DNA of 63,105 nucleotides from Candidatus Coprovivens sp. (GTDB lineage: Bacteria > Bacillota_I > Bacilli_A > RF39 > UBA660). Below the pieces are notes generated by a model. That model was given only the letters and a program-made list of their open reading frames with translations. It was not told the DNA's origin and searched no databases. Where the stretch lies: positions 1 to 63,105 of the forward strand of contig JBJEXV010000003.1 of assembly GCA_051886175.1 (NCBI GenBank), read 5' to 3'. Position numbers and translations under genes: made by a program. Positions 32,790 to 41,907 of the stretch are shown here, piece after piece. Each line of letters opens with the position of its first letter. Positions within the stretch are counted from its first letter, which is position 1.

Positions 32790-34691
32790 TTATTTAGCTT
32801 TTTTGAAGATTATTTCTTCTATATTTCCCATATCAGAATATTTATGTCCACTAATTGGAACGATATCAAAGTAATCTTTTTTAGTTAGTTTACACATTAT
32901 TAATGTTAGTACTTGATAATAACGTTTACTTACTTGGTTATCTTCTATTAATGGAAGATTATGTTTTGTCATTATATCTAGTACTAGTTTTGTTAATCTT
33001 AATGGTACATGGAAGATAGTACCATCAAAGTTTTTCATAGATAATATATCTAATCCATTACATCTTAAGATATGTAATATTTCTTTGTTATCTTCTGGAT
33101 CTAGCATGTAAGGGATTGCTCCTTCGAATTCTGGATATCTATCAAAGAATGAAGCGTTTTCTTTTACATGTTCTACTATCATGTCATCATAGAAGTTTTC
33201 TTGATTAATCATTTCACTTATTAATGGTTCATTTAAGAATGGTATAGAGATATTTCTATATGTACTTAGCTGATGATAGAATAATGATTTAATTACGTTT
33301 ATATCTCCTTTAGATACTTCAGGAATAGACATTATTTGGATGAATGTATCTTCATTCATATGTACTAGTTTTGTTAGTTTTTTTAGATAATATATAAGAT
33401 CTATATTATTTTTGAATAGTTCTAATAGTTTAGGATGTTTATTTACTTCTTGGATTTCTTTTACTGTTAGGTATTCAAATAATGCTAGGTTATCGTATTT
33501 ATCTGCTTCTATTTCTTCTGCAACTTTTAGCATTTCAGCATGTGATAATCTTTTTTTGATACCTACTGCTCTTAAGAATGATTCGAATGTTGTTTCTGAT
33601 TTTATTGCACTTATATTACCCATTTGGTCATAATCAGTAATGCCATATCTTAAGAAGAATTCTATTTCTTCTTTTTTTAAGTCATTACAGAATATTGTTA
33701 CATAGTCTTTAGGATTTATTCCTGGCATTTCTGTTATTTCTTTTATTTCATCAAATTTATAATCTTTAGCACTGAATAGTAGTCCTAGAAGGCCATATGC
33801 GTCTGTTTTAGAACTATATAGATTAAATATGTCTCTTAGTTCGTTTGCAGGACGATATACTAAATCTGGGTTTTCTAAAGCCATGATTTTACCATATCCT
33901 TCTATTGGATCATAGTTGATATCATCATTACATTCATGTATTGTTTTAATACTCATGATAATGTCACTCATTAAGTCATATATGCTTTTAAAATCAAATT
34001 CTTTATCATGAGGATTGTTTGAGAAGTATCTAAGTCTTGTGAAGATATCGCCACTTTCTCTTATTGTATTTCTTCTTAAGTTTATGATTCTTTCACGTAC
34101 TGCTTGTTCTTCTTCTTCATCCATCATTGGACGAACTGTGTATTCTGGGAAGATTACGTCCTCAAAGTTTCTTCGTTCATCTTTTGATAATGGTTCTTTT
34201 TTAATTTCTCTTGATAACATACTATATTCAATTATTTTGTAAAAGCTTTTAGCTTGGTTAGGCATTAATTTTTCTATTATCATAAATAGGTAATCAAAGT
34301 TATGGAATGGTTGGTTGTTAATATCTTCATAGTTTAATAAGGCATTTAGTTCTTCTTCACTTAGGTGTTGTCTTAGTGCTAGTGTTTTTACTTGGCCTTT
34401 TTTAAATAAGGCATCTTTTCTAAATTGATCTAGAGTTTGATTAGGATATAGTTCTAATTGTTTTAGTTTAATAATGTATTTAAGTGCTAGTTCTCCTACT
34501 CTTCCTAAATCAACTAGTAATTCGTTTAGACGAGCCTTTTTTCTAGTTATAGTTTGTTCGTCATCTTCTTCTGTTATTGTAAATTTATCTTTATGCGATT
34601 GGTATAGAAAGTCAATGTTTTCAAATTTAGCTAGTGCACTTTTGTAATCACTTAAGATATCTTGCATTTTTAATGCTTTATCTACTGCCAT
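32790..34691 (-). CDS. Hypothetical 633-aa protein with a possible N-terminal HEPN-like domain
   Basis: Start at 34691 (MAVDKAL) behind GGGGTG. The pattern GELALKYIIK ... FHNFDYLFMIIEKL ... RYFSNNPH (Rx6H, 34008-34031) resembles classical HEPN helices. The rest is unrecognised. Confidence 0.35.
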   Translation of the reverse strand: MAVDKALKMQDILSDYKSALAKFENIDFLYQSHKDKFTITEEDDEQTITRKKARLNELLVDLGRVGELALKYIIKLKQLELYPNQTLDQFRKDALFKKGQVKTLALRQHLSEEELNALLNYEDINNQPFHNFDYLFMIIEKLMPNQAKSFYKIIEYSMLSREIKKEPLSKDERRNFEDVIFPEYTVRPMMDEEEEQAVRERIINLRRNTIRESGDIFTRLRYFSNNPHDKEFDFKSIYDLMSDIIMSIKTIHECNDDINYDPIEGYGKIMALENPDLVYRPANELRDIFNLYSSKTDAYGLLGLLFSAKDYKFDEIKEITEMPGINPKDYVTIFCNDLKKEEIEFFLRYGITDYDQMGNISAIKSETTFESFLRAVGIKKRLSHAEMLKVAEEIEADKYDNLALFEYLTVKEIQEVNKHPKLLELFKNNIDLIYYLKKLTKLVHMNEDTFIQIMSIPEVSKGDINVIKSLFYHQLSTYRNISIPFLNEPLISEMINQENFYDDMIVEHVKENASFFDRYPEFEGAIPYMLDPEDNKEILHILRCNGLDILSMKNFDGTIFHVPLRLTKLVLDIMTKHNLPLIEDNQVSKRYYQVLTLIMCKLTKKDYFDIVPISGHKYSDMGNIEEIIFKKAK

Positions 34692-34728
34692 ATTAACACC
34701 CCACAAATGTGGTGATTATTATACTTGA

Positions 34729-35562
34729 TTAGTTAGTTTTTAACAAATTTTTGTTAGTTTCTATCATTTTTATTTGTTTAATTGCTATTTTATTTAGTTT
34801 AATTAATCTTTCACTTTGTGGTATGTTTCTTTCTATCATATCAGCATTAATGTTTTCTAGATTGCATAGTATTAGTAATTGAATGATTGATGCATAATCT
34901 CTAATATTTCCTTTTAATTCTGGATTTGCATCACGCCATTCTTTTGCTGTTAAACCAAATAATGCAACATTTAGAACATCTGCTTCTTCAGCGTAAACAA
35001 ATCTTATTTGTTGCTCTGTTACTGTAGGAATTATATTTTCTTTTATTGCTTCTGTATGAATAAGATAATTTACTTTTGAAAGCATGCGATTGGCATTCCA
35101 TTCTATGTTATGGCGATAAGCTTCGTCTTTTTTTAGTCTTTCAAATTCAGTTATTAGGTATAATTTAAATTCTGGGCTGATCCAGCTTGCGAATTCAAAA
35201 GCGATATCAGGATGTGCATATGTTCCCGAATTGTATCTTCCACCTTTTGATTTTATACCAATAGAATTAGTTCGTCTTATCCATTGTGTTGGAGACATGG
35301 AAAATGAGTTTTTTCCATATTCTGTTTTAATTTGGTCGAATTCGACCAAATTAAAATTATCGTTATTTATTCTTTCCCATAAACCTATGTAATCGATTGT
35401 TGAAATTTTTCTCAGCCAATTTTTTACCGTAAAGGAAGGATCACTTGAGTTTTGATATCTTGCGATATCAGTTAATGATATGTACTCGACATTATTTATT
35501 CTTATAACTTCGACACCATGGTCTTTTATTTTTATTTGTGTTTTGATTATATTATTGTTCAT
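34729..35562 (-). CDS. KilA-N domain DNA-binding protein
   Basis: VEYISLTDIARY...NWLR...GLWE...GGRYNSGTYAHPDIAFEFASWISPEFKLYL is the typical KilA-N/Bro-like core. Confidence 0.7.
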   Translation of the reverse strand: MNNNIIKTQIKIKDHGVEVIRINNVEYISLTDIARYQNSSDPSFTVKNWLRKISTIDYIGLWERINNDNFNLVEFDQIKTEYGKNSFSMSPTQWIRRTNSIGIKSKGGRYNSGTYAHPDIAFEFASWISPEFKLYLITEFERLKKDEAYRHNIEWNANRMLSKVNYLIHTEAIKENIIPTVTEQQIRFVYAEEADVLNVALFGLTAKEWRDANPELKGNIRDYASIIQLLILCNLENINADMIERNIPQSERLIKLNKIAIKQIKMIETNKNLLKTN

Positions 35563-35570
35563 TAAAGCAT

Positions 35571-35615
35571 CTCCTCTACTCTATATCTTATAGGTAGAAG
35601 AAAGATTTCCTTTTT
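35571..35615 (-). repeat. Conserved ~45-bp intergenic element, copy 2 (upstream of KilA-N gene)
   Basis: Minus strand AAAAAGGAAAT-N11-CTATAAGATATAGAGTAGAGGAG. Confidence 0.7.
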
Positions 35616-35647
35616 AAATAAAAAAAGTATTAGATTGTTCTAATACT

Positions 35648-37765
35648 TTAGTTTGAAAAATCAAATACTACTTTGTTTTCGTTATCTAATTTTAGTTTGG
35701 CATTGAACTCTTTACCATTTTTAGATATGAATCCTTCTATTTGAGATGTGGTTCCTTCTGATAGTAATTTAATTACATTACTTTTTGATATTACTCTATT
35801 ACAGATAGAAGTATTTATTTTGAATTTACAGTTTTGGTAATCTCTACAACCATATGCGTATCTATTTTTAATTACTTCGTTACCACATATTGGGCATTTA
35901 CCTACTATATCACCGTAGAAGCCGATATCTTTATCTTTTTCTATAGATACATCTTTGTGTTCGAATACTTCTTTTATTTCATTTTGTGCTAGTTGTACTG
36001 AGTTATCAACAGTCATTTCCGAGTGGAATACTTTTTTTAGCGCTTTACCTAGTTCACTAGTTTTATATTTATCCATAGATATATTCATTTGAAGAAGTGA
36101 TTCGATTAGGAATTCACCACCTGGTAAGATAGTATAGACATCTTTTTTTAGTGCTATGTATTCGCTTTTTTTAGCATTATCTATGATACCTGTTCTTGTT
36201 GCATCTGTACCTAGTTCTAGACCGTCTAGAATAGCTCTATAATCTTCTGTATCATCTACTTCTTCACCGTTTTCTATCTTCTCATCTAATTCTTTTTTAT
36301 CTTCTTTAAATGGGTTCATAAGATAGTTATTTAGTGTTTCTATAGTATAATGTTTTGGTGGTGTTGTTTCTTTTTCTTTTAATGTAAATTTAGTATTTAC
36401 TTTATCACCAATATTTATGTTAGGTAGGATTTTATCTTTAGAAGATGGTTGATCAAATTTAGTCCATCCTGGTTCAGTAATAATCATACCTTTTAAAGTA
36501 AAGTCTTCTAAGTCACCAACACTTATTTTTATTTCTGTTTTTTCTACTTTACAGTCTTCGCTACAGAAGACTGCTACGAATCTTTTAAATACTGTTTGGT
36601 ATATTAAGAATTCTTCTTCTGTAAGATTGTTTTTATTAGGTATTTTATATGTAGGTATTAAGGCACTATGTGATTCAATCTTTGAATCATCAAAGATTGT
36701 TTTTTTATCTTTGAATTTAACTGGGTATCCTATTTTAGATATGTTTTCTATAATAGTTTTTATTTTACCTTTTTCATTAACAGCTAGGTATTCTGAGTTT
36801 GTTCTTGGATATGTTAGATATCCATTTTCATATAGTCTTTGTACTATTTCTAATGATTTATCCATAGGTATTTTATATTTTTTACCTAGTAGGTTTTGTA
36901 GTTTAGTAAGTGAGAATAGTTTTGGAGGATTCATAGTATCTTTTTTTACTTTTTTATCTACTACTATTGCATCTACTTCATTATATTTATTACATAGTTC
37001 TTGGGCTTTATTTTGGTCTTTTTTATCGAACTTTTCTTTGCTATTAAGTTCGATTAGTTCACCATTAGTTTCTTCATTAGACCACATACCATAATACATT
37101 TCAGGTTTGAAGTTTCTTATAGCCATATCTCTATCATAGATTGCTTTTACGATAGGTATTATTACTCTACCTACTCTTAGTAATGTACCTGTTTTAAGGG
37201 TTGCGTATCTGGTTAAGTTAACTCCGTATAACCAATCTATGTATGTTCTAGCAAATCCTTCATTAGCTAGGTTGTCATAGTCACTGTCTGGCTTCATTTC
37301 TTTTAATGCTTGGTTTATGGTTTCAGATGTTTGATCTGGTAACCATAAACGATAGATATCTTTATCAGTTTTAAGAGCATTGTTAATACATAGTCTTACT
37401 ATTATTTCTCCTTCTCTATCGGAGTCGCCAGCATTGACTATTTTATCTACATCATCTCTATTACATAGAGATGTTATTATATCGAATTGTTTTTTTACAC
37501 CAGGATCTATTTCTTTGTTGTTATTCTTTTTTAAGTTAAATTTAAATTTATTAGGGAAGCATGGTAAGTTATCCATTTTCCATCTTATTTCTTTAGGGGG
37601 ATTATCTTCATAGTCTTCTATATCTGCTAATGTGAATAAGTGTCCGAATGCCCAAGATACTAGGTACTTGTCATTCGAATAAAAACCATCATTTCTTTTC
37701 ATGTTACCAATAGCAGAAACTATGTTTCTAGCTAATGATGGTTTTTCTGCAATAATAAGAATCAT
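35648..37765 (-). CDS. topB: DNA topoisomerase III (type IA)
   Basis: Toprim start MILIIAEKPS, acidic cluster GDSDREGE, active-site Tyr motif GYLTYPRTNSEYL, and C-terminal Cys-rich zinc-ribbon region (CPICGN...CRDYQNC). Confidence 0.85.
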   Translation of the reverse strand: MILIIAEKPSLARNIVSAIGNMKRNDGFYSNDKYLVSWAFGHLFTLADIEDYEDNPPKEIRWKMDNLPCFPNKFKFNLKKNNNKEIDPGVKKQFDIITSLCNRDDVDKIVNAGDSDREGEIIVRLCINNALKTDKDIYRLWLPDQTSETINQALKEMKPDSDYDNLANEGFARTYIDWLYGVNLTRYATLKTGTLLRVGRVIIPIVKAIYDRDMAIRNFKPEMYYGMWSNEETNGELIELNSKEKFDKKDQNKAQELCNKYNEVDAIVVDKKVKKDTMNPPKLFSLTKLQNLLGKKYKIPMDKSLEIVQRLYENGYLTYPRTNSEYLAVNEKGKIKTIIENISKIGYPVKFKDKKTIFDDSKIESHSALIPTYKIPNKNNLTEEEFLIYQTVFKRFVAVFCSEDCKVEKTEIKISVGDLEDFTLKGMIITEPGWTKFDQPSSKDKILPNINIGDKVNTKFTLKEKETTPPKHYTIETLNNYLMNPFKEDKKELDEKIENGEEVDDTEDYRAILDGLELGTDATRTGIIDNAKKSEYIALKKDVYTILPGGEFLIESLLQMNISMDKYKTSELGKALKKVFHSEMTVDNSVQLAQNEIKEVFEHKDVSIEKDKDIGFYGDIVGKCPICGNEVIKNRYAYGCRDYQNCKFKINTSICNRVISKSNVIKLLSEGTTSQIEGFISKNGKEFNAKLKLDNENKVVFDFSN

Positions 37766-37834
37766 ATACTAAAACCTCCCTTACTTATATAGTTATTTAA
37801 TCAATAGTTATTATAACATAAGATTTGTTTAAAA

Positions 37835-37923
37835 TTAAAGAGACTTATTGTTGGTAAGTCTCTTTAATAGAAGTTGAACCTAGGGTTTCAACTTTAGAAT
37901 TCTAAGCCTGGGGGCTTAGAATT
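37835..37923 (-). terminator. Cluster of three consecutive hairpins at and after the RT 3' end; the last is terminator-like
   Basis: Three stems: an 11-bp stem AATTCTAAGCC/GGCTTAGAATT (37898-37923, inside the last RT codons); GTTGAA/TTCAAC (37873-37892); and a 13-bp stem TTAAAGAGACTTA/TAAGTCTCTTTAA (37835-37867) followed by TTTT. Confidence 0.55.
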
Positions 37924-39252
37924 TATTTTGTTAAATCTAATAAATATTCTTTTTTTTACCATATCTTTAAAAGATATTATATATTTTTCGTTTGGAAATA
38001 CTCTTTTTGCTCTGTTAACATAGGTGATAAATTTTAGATCTTCACTATTTCCTTGTTTCAATTGCTTTAATATCCAATGCTTATCTATTTTACTCTTTTT
38101 CTTTTTATTTAACAAAATACGATATTGTTCTCTTTCAACCATCGAATCAATTTTTCTATATATTTTATAGAAAAATTTTGTTAATGTTTTATCTCTAAAT
38201 TTAATATTAGTACCATCAAACGAAAAACCTAAATATGGAATAAAATTACCGGATGGTTTAAATCCATTTTCTTCATTATGTAACGACTTTATTTTACAAT
38301 TTTCATAAATATAACCTGACGTTTTGCTTTTATTTATTTTTAAATATTTGTAATCTTCTTTAAGTGTAGTTATATAATTCCATAAATCATCAATGGAATT
38401 AACTTCTTCTTTAGGTATTATTAAGATTAAATCATCAGAATATCTCATGTATAATCCACGCTTGTTCTTTGCATATTCATTTAATTTATAATCAAAATCT
38501 ATCATAAATACGTTAGCAAAAATGCCACTTAATGGAGACCCTTGGGGAATCCCATATTCATCATCATGTCGTGTAATTATTATATTTTTTTTAACATCAT
38601 TCCATGAAACTGTTTCAAAAAAAGATTTCAATTTTATAATAGAAGATTCCGTTTCGTACTTATTATTAATTAAAAAATCAATTATATCTTGACGTTCTAC
38701 ATAAGAATAAACTGTCATACTTCTAAATACCTTATACCAATCAGCATCTAATTTATTAACTTTTAATACCCTACAAATATTGTTCTTTAATATTGAATGT
38801 TCCAATGTGTCAAAGAAATCAGAAAAGTCACTGACTAGAACGTAACACTCTTTCAGTGCTTTCATTTTTTCAAAAGCATTAGAAGCAAACTCAATATTTG
38901 TCTTACCTCTTAAGTTAGTTCTATAAGCAACACTGCATTTATTTAAATCATTTTCATTACAGTAAATATTATATGCTTGATTAAGTTTAGATGAATACCA
39001 TTGGTATATATAGCGATCTATGTGAGATGCATATTTTATTGGTCTATCTTTATATTTATAATGATGACCTTCTATTATCTCTTCAGAATATTTTTTTAAT
39101 CTTATTGTTGAACTAATGAACGGGTAAAATCCGTGATGTGTAATGTATTCTTTATTCTGAATTCTATTCATAATATTACGATGCTTATATATATTAAACG
39201 GCATATCTATATGTTTATAATTTTTTTCTTTATATAGTCTTTTCTTTATCAT
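37894..39252 (-). CDS. Stand-alone reverse transcriptase (defence-associated DRT/UG/Abi-like)
   Basis: RT motif A VLVSDFSDFFDTL, motif GIPQGSPLSGIFANVFM, and catalytic YSDD (38431-38442, checked). YLGFSF follows, then a ~100-aa tail. No maturase, endonuclease or other fused domain. Confidence 0.8.
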   Translation of the reverse strand: MIKKRLYKEKNYKHIDMPFNIYKHRNIMNRIQNKEYITHHGFYPFISSTIRLKKYSEEIIEGHHYKYKDRPIKYASHIDRYIYQWYSSKLNQAYNIYCNENDLNKCSVAYRTNLRGKTNIEFASNAFEKMKALKECYVLVSDFSDFFDTLEHSILKNNICRVLKVNKLDADWYKVFRSMTVYSYVERQDIIDFLINNKYETESSIIKLKSFFETVSWNDVKKNIIITRHDDEYGIPQGSPLSGIFANVFMIDFDYKLNEYAKNKRGLYMRYSDDLILIIPKEEVNSIDDLWNYITTLKEDYKYLKINKSKTSGYIYENCKIKSLHNEENGFKPSGNFIPYLGFSFDGTNIKFRDKTLTKFFYKIYRKIDSMVEREQYRILLNKKKKSKIDKHWILKQLKQGNSEDLKFITYVNRAKRVFPNEKYIISFKDMVKKRIFIRFNKINSKPPGLEF

Positions 39253-39558
39253 AAAACTCCCCTAAAAATGAAGAAACACATCCAGGTGCAGCGCCCTATA
39301 TGGATGTGCTCATACTCAACTTTTCAAGATTTAATTCTTCATTATTGTCTTTACTTAGCTCTTTTTAATGCTGCTCCTCTAAACATTAGATGTTATATAA
39401 TTATATTAAGTAAAGTACTGAATGTCATAATTCAATTCTTCACTACAATTATACTGTCAAAGCGAGGTGGTTCAATAATGAACTTTAACTTTAACATCAT
39501 AATCGTCAATATAGTATTGACAATTAACATTCTAACCTACGATACAATTTACCGTAGC
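39253..39558 (-). ncRNA. Candidate structured non-coding RNA or long 5' leader upstream of the RT
   Basis: About 300 nt lie between a good promoter and the RT start, with no credible minus-strand ORF. Hairpins include CTACG/CGTAG (39537-39557), GTCAATA/TATTGAC (39505-39521) and GC-rich CACATCCA/TGGATGTG (39277-39308). Confidence 0.35.
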
Positions 39559-39565
39559 AATATAT

Positions 39566-39593
39566 ATTATACTCAATAACCACAAAAAATCAA
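39566..39593 (-). promoter_or_regulatory. Sigma-A promoter for the RT leader
   Basis: Minus strand TTGATT-16 nt-TATAAT, directly after the upstream terminator. Confidence 0.5.
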
Positions 39594-39594
39594 T

Positions 39595-39627
39595 AAAGAA
39601 AAAGGATATTAATGGTTAATATCCTTT
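39595..39627 (-). terminator. Rho-independent terminator after the 188-aa membrane protein gene
   Basis: 12-bp stem AAAGGATATTAA/TTAATATCCTTT (39601-39627) followed by a T-rich tract on the minus strand. Confidence 0.7.
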
Positions 39628-39710
39628 AGTATGTAAGTTTATATAGTATTCTTTATAACTATAATAATTAAATAGATTAATATCTATTATAGATAGATAT
39701 ACTGTATAAG

Positions 39711-40277
39711 CTATTGTTTTTTTGTGCTAATAGTTGCTATAGAGTATGCTGCATAAACTAATATTATTTGATATAAGATAATATTAACTACAATATTAAT
39801 AACAGTTTGTATTTTCATTGCACCATATCCTAAGGCACAACCAATTGCAATACTAAATATACCGCCGATAATATTATTAATTTTTTTTGTTTCTTTTTCT
39901 TTTTTATTTGTAAAAAACATTATTATTCCAACAATTACGAACAACCATGCACCAGCAACAAACTTTATCAACTTATTTCCTGGTGTTGTTTCTGTAACAA
40001 AAATATTATTAAGATAATTTTCTTCTTTTGTTTCTATTTCTTCCAAAATCAAGTTATATTCTCTTTCCAATTTTTCGTTACTATATATTTCTTCTTTATC
40101 TATTACTGTTATTTTTTCTAAAATCTCAATTCTATTTGAAATTCTTTTATAATATAAAAAATTGGCGTCTATTATTGGATAGCACATAATAACTAGCAAA
40201 ACAAATATAATGAATGCCCATGCAATCTTTTTATAATTTTTAGTATCTTTTAATATATTTAATATAATTTCTTTCAC
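39711..40277 (-). CDS. Membrane protein: one N-terminal TM, a coiled-coil, then three C-terminal TMs
   Basis: 188 aa. TMs are WAFIIFVLLVIMCYPII, AGAWLFVIVGIIMFF, IIGGIFSIAIGCALGYGA and VVNIILYQIILVYAAYSI. No family motif recognised. Confidence 0.55.
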   Translation of the reverse strand: MKEIILNILKDTKNYKKIAWAFIIFVLLVIMCYPIIDANFLYYKRISNRIEILEKITVIDKEEIYSNEKLEREYNLILEEIETKEENYLNNIFVTETTPGNKLIKFVAGAWLFVIVGIIMFFTNKKEKETKKINNIIGGIFSIAIGCALGYGAMKIQTVINIVVNIILYQIILVYAAYSIATISTKKQ

Positions 40278-40458
40278 ATTATCTCTCCTTTAACAAAATT
40301 TCATTAACTAATACATTTTTTTTAATATTCTTTACTCCTTTCTTTTTAGATTTTTAACACTTCTTCAGTAGTATATTATAAGTTTTTATTTATAAAAGAC
40401 AATAGAAATATGGATTTTAGAATATATTATTTGATTATATTAAATATAGTTTTATATA

Positions 40459-40486
40459 ACAAAAAACATATCTTGCGATATGTTTT
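40459..40486 (-). terminator. Rho-independent terminator after the HTH-ImmA gene
   Basis: Stem AAAACATATC/GATATGTTTT (40463-40486) running into Ts on the minus strand. Confidence 0.6.
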
Positions 40487-41513
40487 ATTCTTCTATTAAT
40501 GGGTTGTGTTCTTGGTATAGAGATGAATTGTAGTTTATTATTTTATCGTGTGCTAGTCTATATACATAGAATGATTTAATTATGTTTAGGTTGTTTATAT
40601 TGTTACTTTGTTTTTTTATTGTTTGATATAGTTTATCATCTATCATCCAATTGAATGCAGTTTGATCTGCTTTTATTTCATAGTCTTCTACTTGTTTATC
40701 TTCAGTAGTTACTATACTACCACTTTTTGCTCTATTGAAGTCACTTTTGCAATGTGCTAGTTCATGTAGTAATGCAAAGTAGATGTCTGCATATCTTTTA
40801 TGTTTTTTAGTTATATAGATAGCTGGTTTATCATTTAATACTTTAAATGCTCCACGTATTTTAGATCCAGTTAAGTCTTTTTCTATAGCTAGGAAGATAC
40901 CATTATCATTAAATACTTTTATTAGTTCTTCTTTATTGAATATGTTTTTATGAGCTTGTTCTCTTATATAGTTAACTATTTTTTCAATATTTTCTTTTTT
41001 ATATTCTTTTACTTGTTGTTCTGATACTACTTTATAACATCTTTCTAACCATAGTACTAATAGTTCTTTTTTGTTATTATTGCTTTTATATAGTATTGAG
41101 TTATCTTCTTTATATATTGTTTCTGGATTAGTTATTCTTAAGTATTTTAATATATCTTTTGCTATTTCATAATCATCTAATATATCTGTATATCTATAGT
41201 TATATTCTTTACTTAGTTCTTTATAGTTAAATCTATTTATGAATTTACGTATTGTTAGATTATGTTTATCTAAGAATGCTTTTATTATTTTATCCATTTT
41301 AAAACTACGTTCTACATTTTCAATATATGATACTGGTATTTCTGTAACAAATGCTATGTTATATATCATATTTTGAGATATTTCAATGTTACCTTTTATT
41401 ATATCGATCATGTTCTTAGGTGTTGTATTTACTCTTTCAGCAAATTCTTTAACACTTATGTTTTTGTATTCTAGAAATTCTCCTAGTTGTTTACCAAATT
41501 CATTCATCATCAA
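40485..41513 (-). CDS. XRE-type HTH fused to an ImmA/IrrE-family zinc metallopeptidase (putative antitoxin/regulator)
   Basis: N-terminal HTH (ISVKEFAERVNTTPKNMIDIIKG) and C-terminal HExxH (FALLHELAHC). Overlaps the upstream toxin-like ORF by 14 nt. Confidence 0.7.
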   Translation of the reverse strand: MMMNEFGKQLGEFLEYKNISVKEFAERVNTTPKNMIDIIKGNIEISQNMIYNIAFVTEIPVSYIENVERSFKMDKIIKAFLDKHNLTIRKFINRFNYKELSKEYNYRYTDILDDYEIAKDILKYLRITNPETIYKEDNSILYKSNNNKKELLVLWLERCYKVVSEQQVKEYKKENIEKIVNYIREQAHKNIFNKEELIKVFNDNGIFLAIEKDLTGSKIRGAFKVLNDKPAIYITKKHKRYADIYFALLHELAHCKSDFNRAKSGSIVTTEDKQVEDYEIKADQTAFNWMIDDKLYQTIKKQSNNINNLNIIKSFYVYRLAHDKIINYNSSLYQEHNPLIEE

Positions 41514-41841
41514 ATATCACTCCTTTTGGATTAAAATCATTATAGTGATTCATACTTATATATACTAATTCAATAATTATTATATTATCCTGATAACGTC
41601 CAATTAATCTTATTGGACTTTTCTTTTTAGATAATCTAAACGAGAAGTAACCTGTTAAATTATCTTTTAGTTCCTCAAAGTCATAAAGGTATGCAAGAGG
41701 AGTATTTTTTAGTAAGTCATAAGTATTAGATCTTTTTATTAATTTAATAATTTTTTCTAATGTATTAAGTTCTTCTGTTTTATGTTTTTTCTTTAACTCT
41801 TTTATTCCTTTTATGTAATTCTTGCTGTATCTAAGTTGCAT
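41500..41841 (-). CDS. RelE/ParE-superfamily toxin-like protein
   Basis: 113 aa. The pattern ...GYFSFRLSKKKSPIRLIGRYQDNIIIIELVYISMNHY is typical of RelE/HigB-like folds (by eye). Toxin-first order with an overlapping HTH gene. Confidence 0.5.
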   Translation of the reverse strand: MQLRYSKNYIKGIKELKKKHKTEELNTLEKIIKLIKRSNTYDLLKNTPLAYLYDFEELKDNLTGYFSFRLSKKKSPIRLIGRYQDNIIIIELVYISMNHYNDFNPKGVIFDDE

Positions 41842-41865
41842 TAAAACCTCCTGATTTATATTTGT

Positions 41866-41894
41866 ATATTAACATACAAGTTAATATATGTAAA
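41866..41894 (-). promoter_or_regulatory. Promoter with an embedded inverted repeat (probable TA operator)
   Basis: Minus strand TTTACA-17 nt-TAATAT. The spacer and -10 contain ATATTAAC-n6-GTTAATAT (41866-41887). Confidence 0.5.
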
Positions 41895-41907
41895 TGTTTT
41901 TTATTAT

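Noticed and set aside
37894-39252. A group II intron or a classical retron as the identity of the RT
   Set aside because: There is no maturase/X or endonuclease domain and no intron-like flanking RNA domains. I could not find retron a1/a2 inverted repeats or the characteristic retron RT signature by eye. I left it as an unclassified defence-type RT.
39268-39579. 103-aa plus-strand ORF in the gap upstream of the RT
   Set aside because: It has no RBS and its translation is low-complexity. It runs opposite to every neighbouring gene and coincides with the promoter and structured leader of the RT. I treated the region as non-coding.
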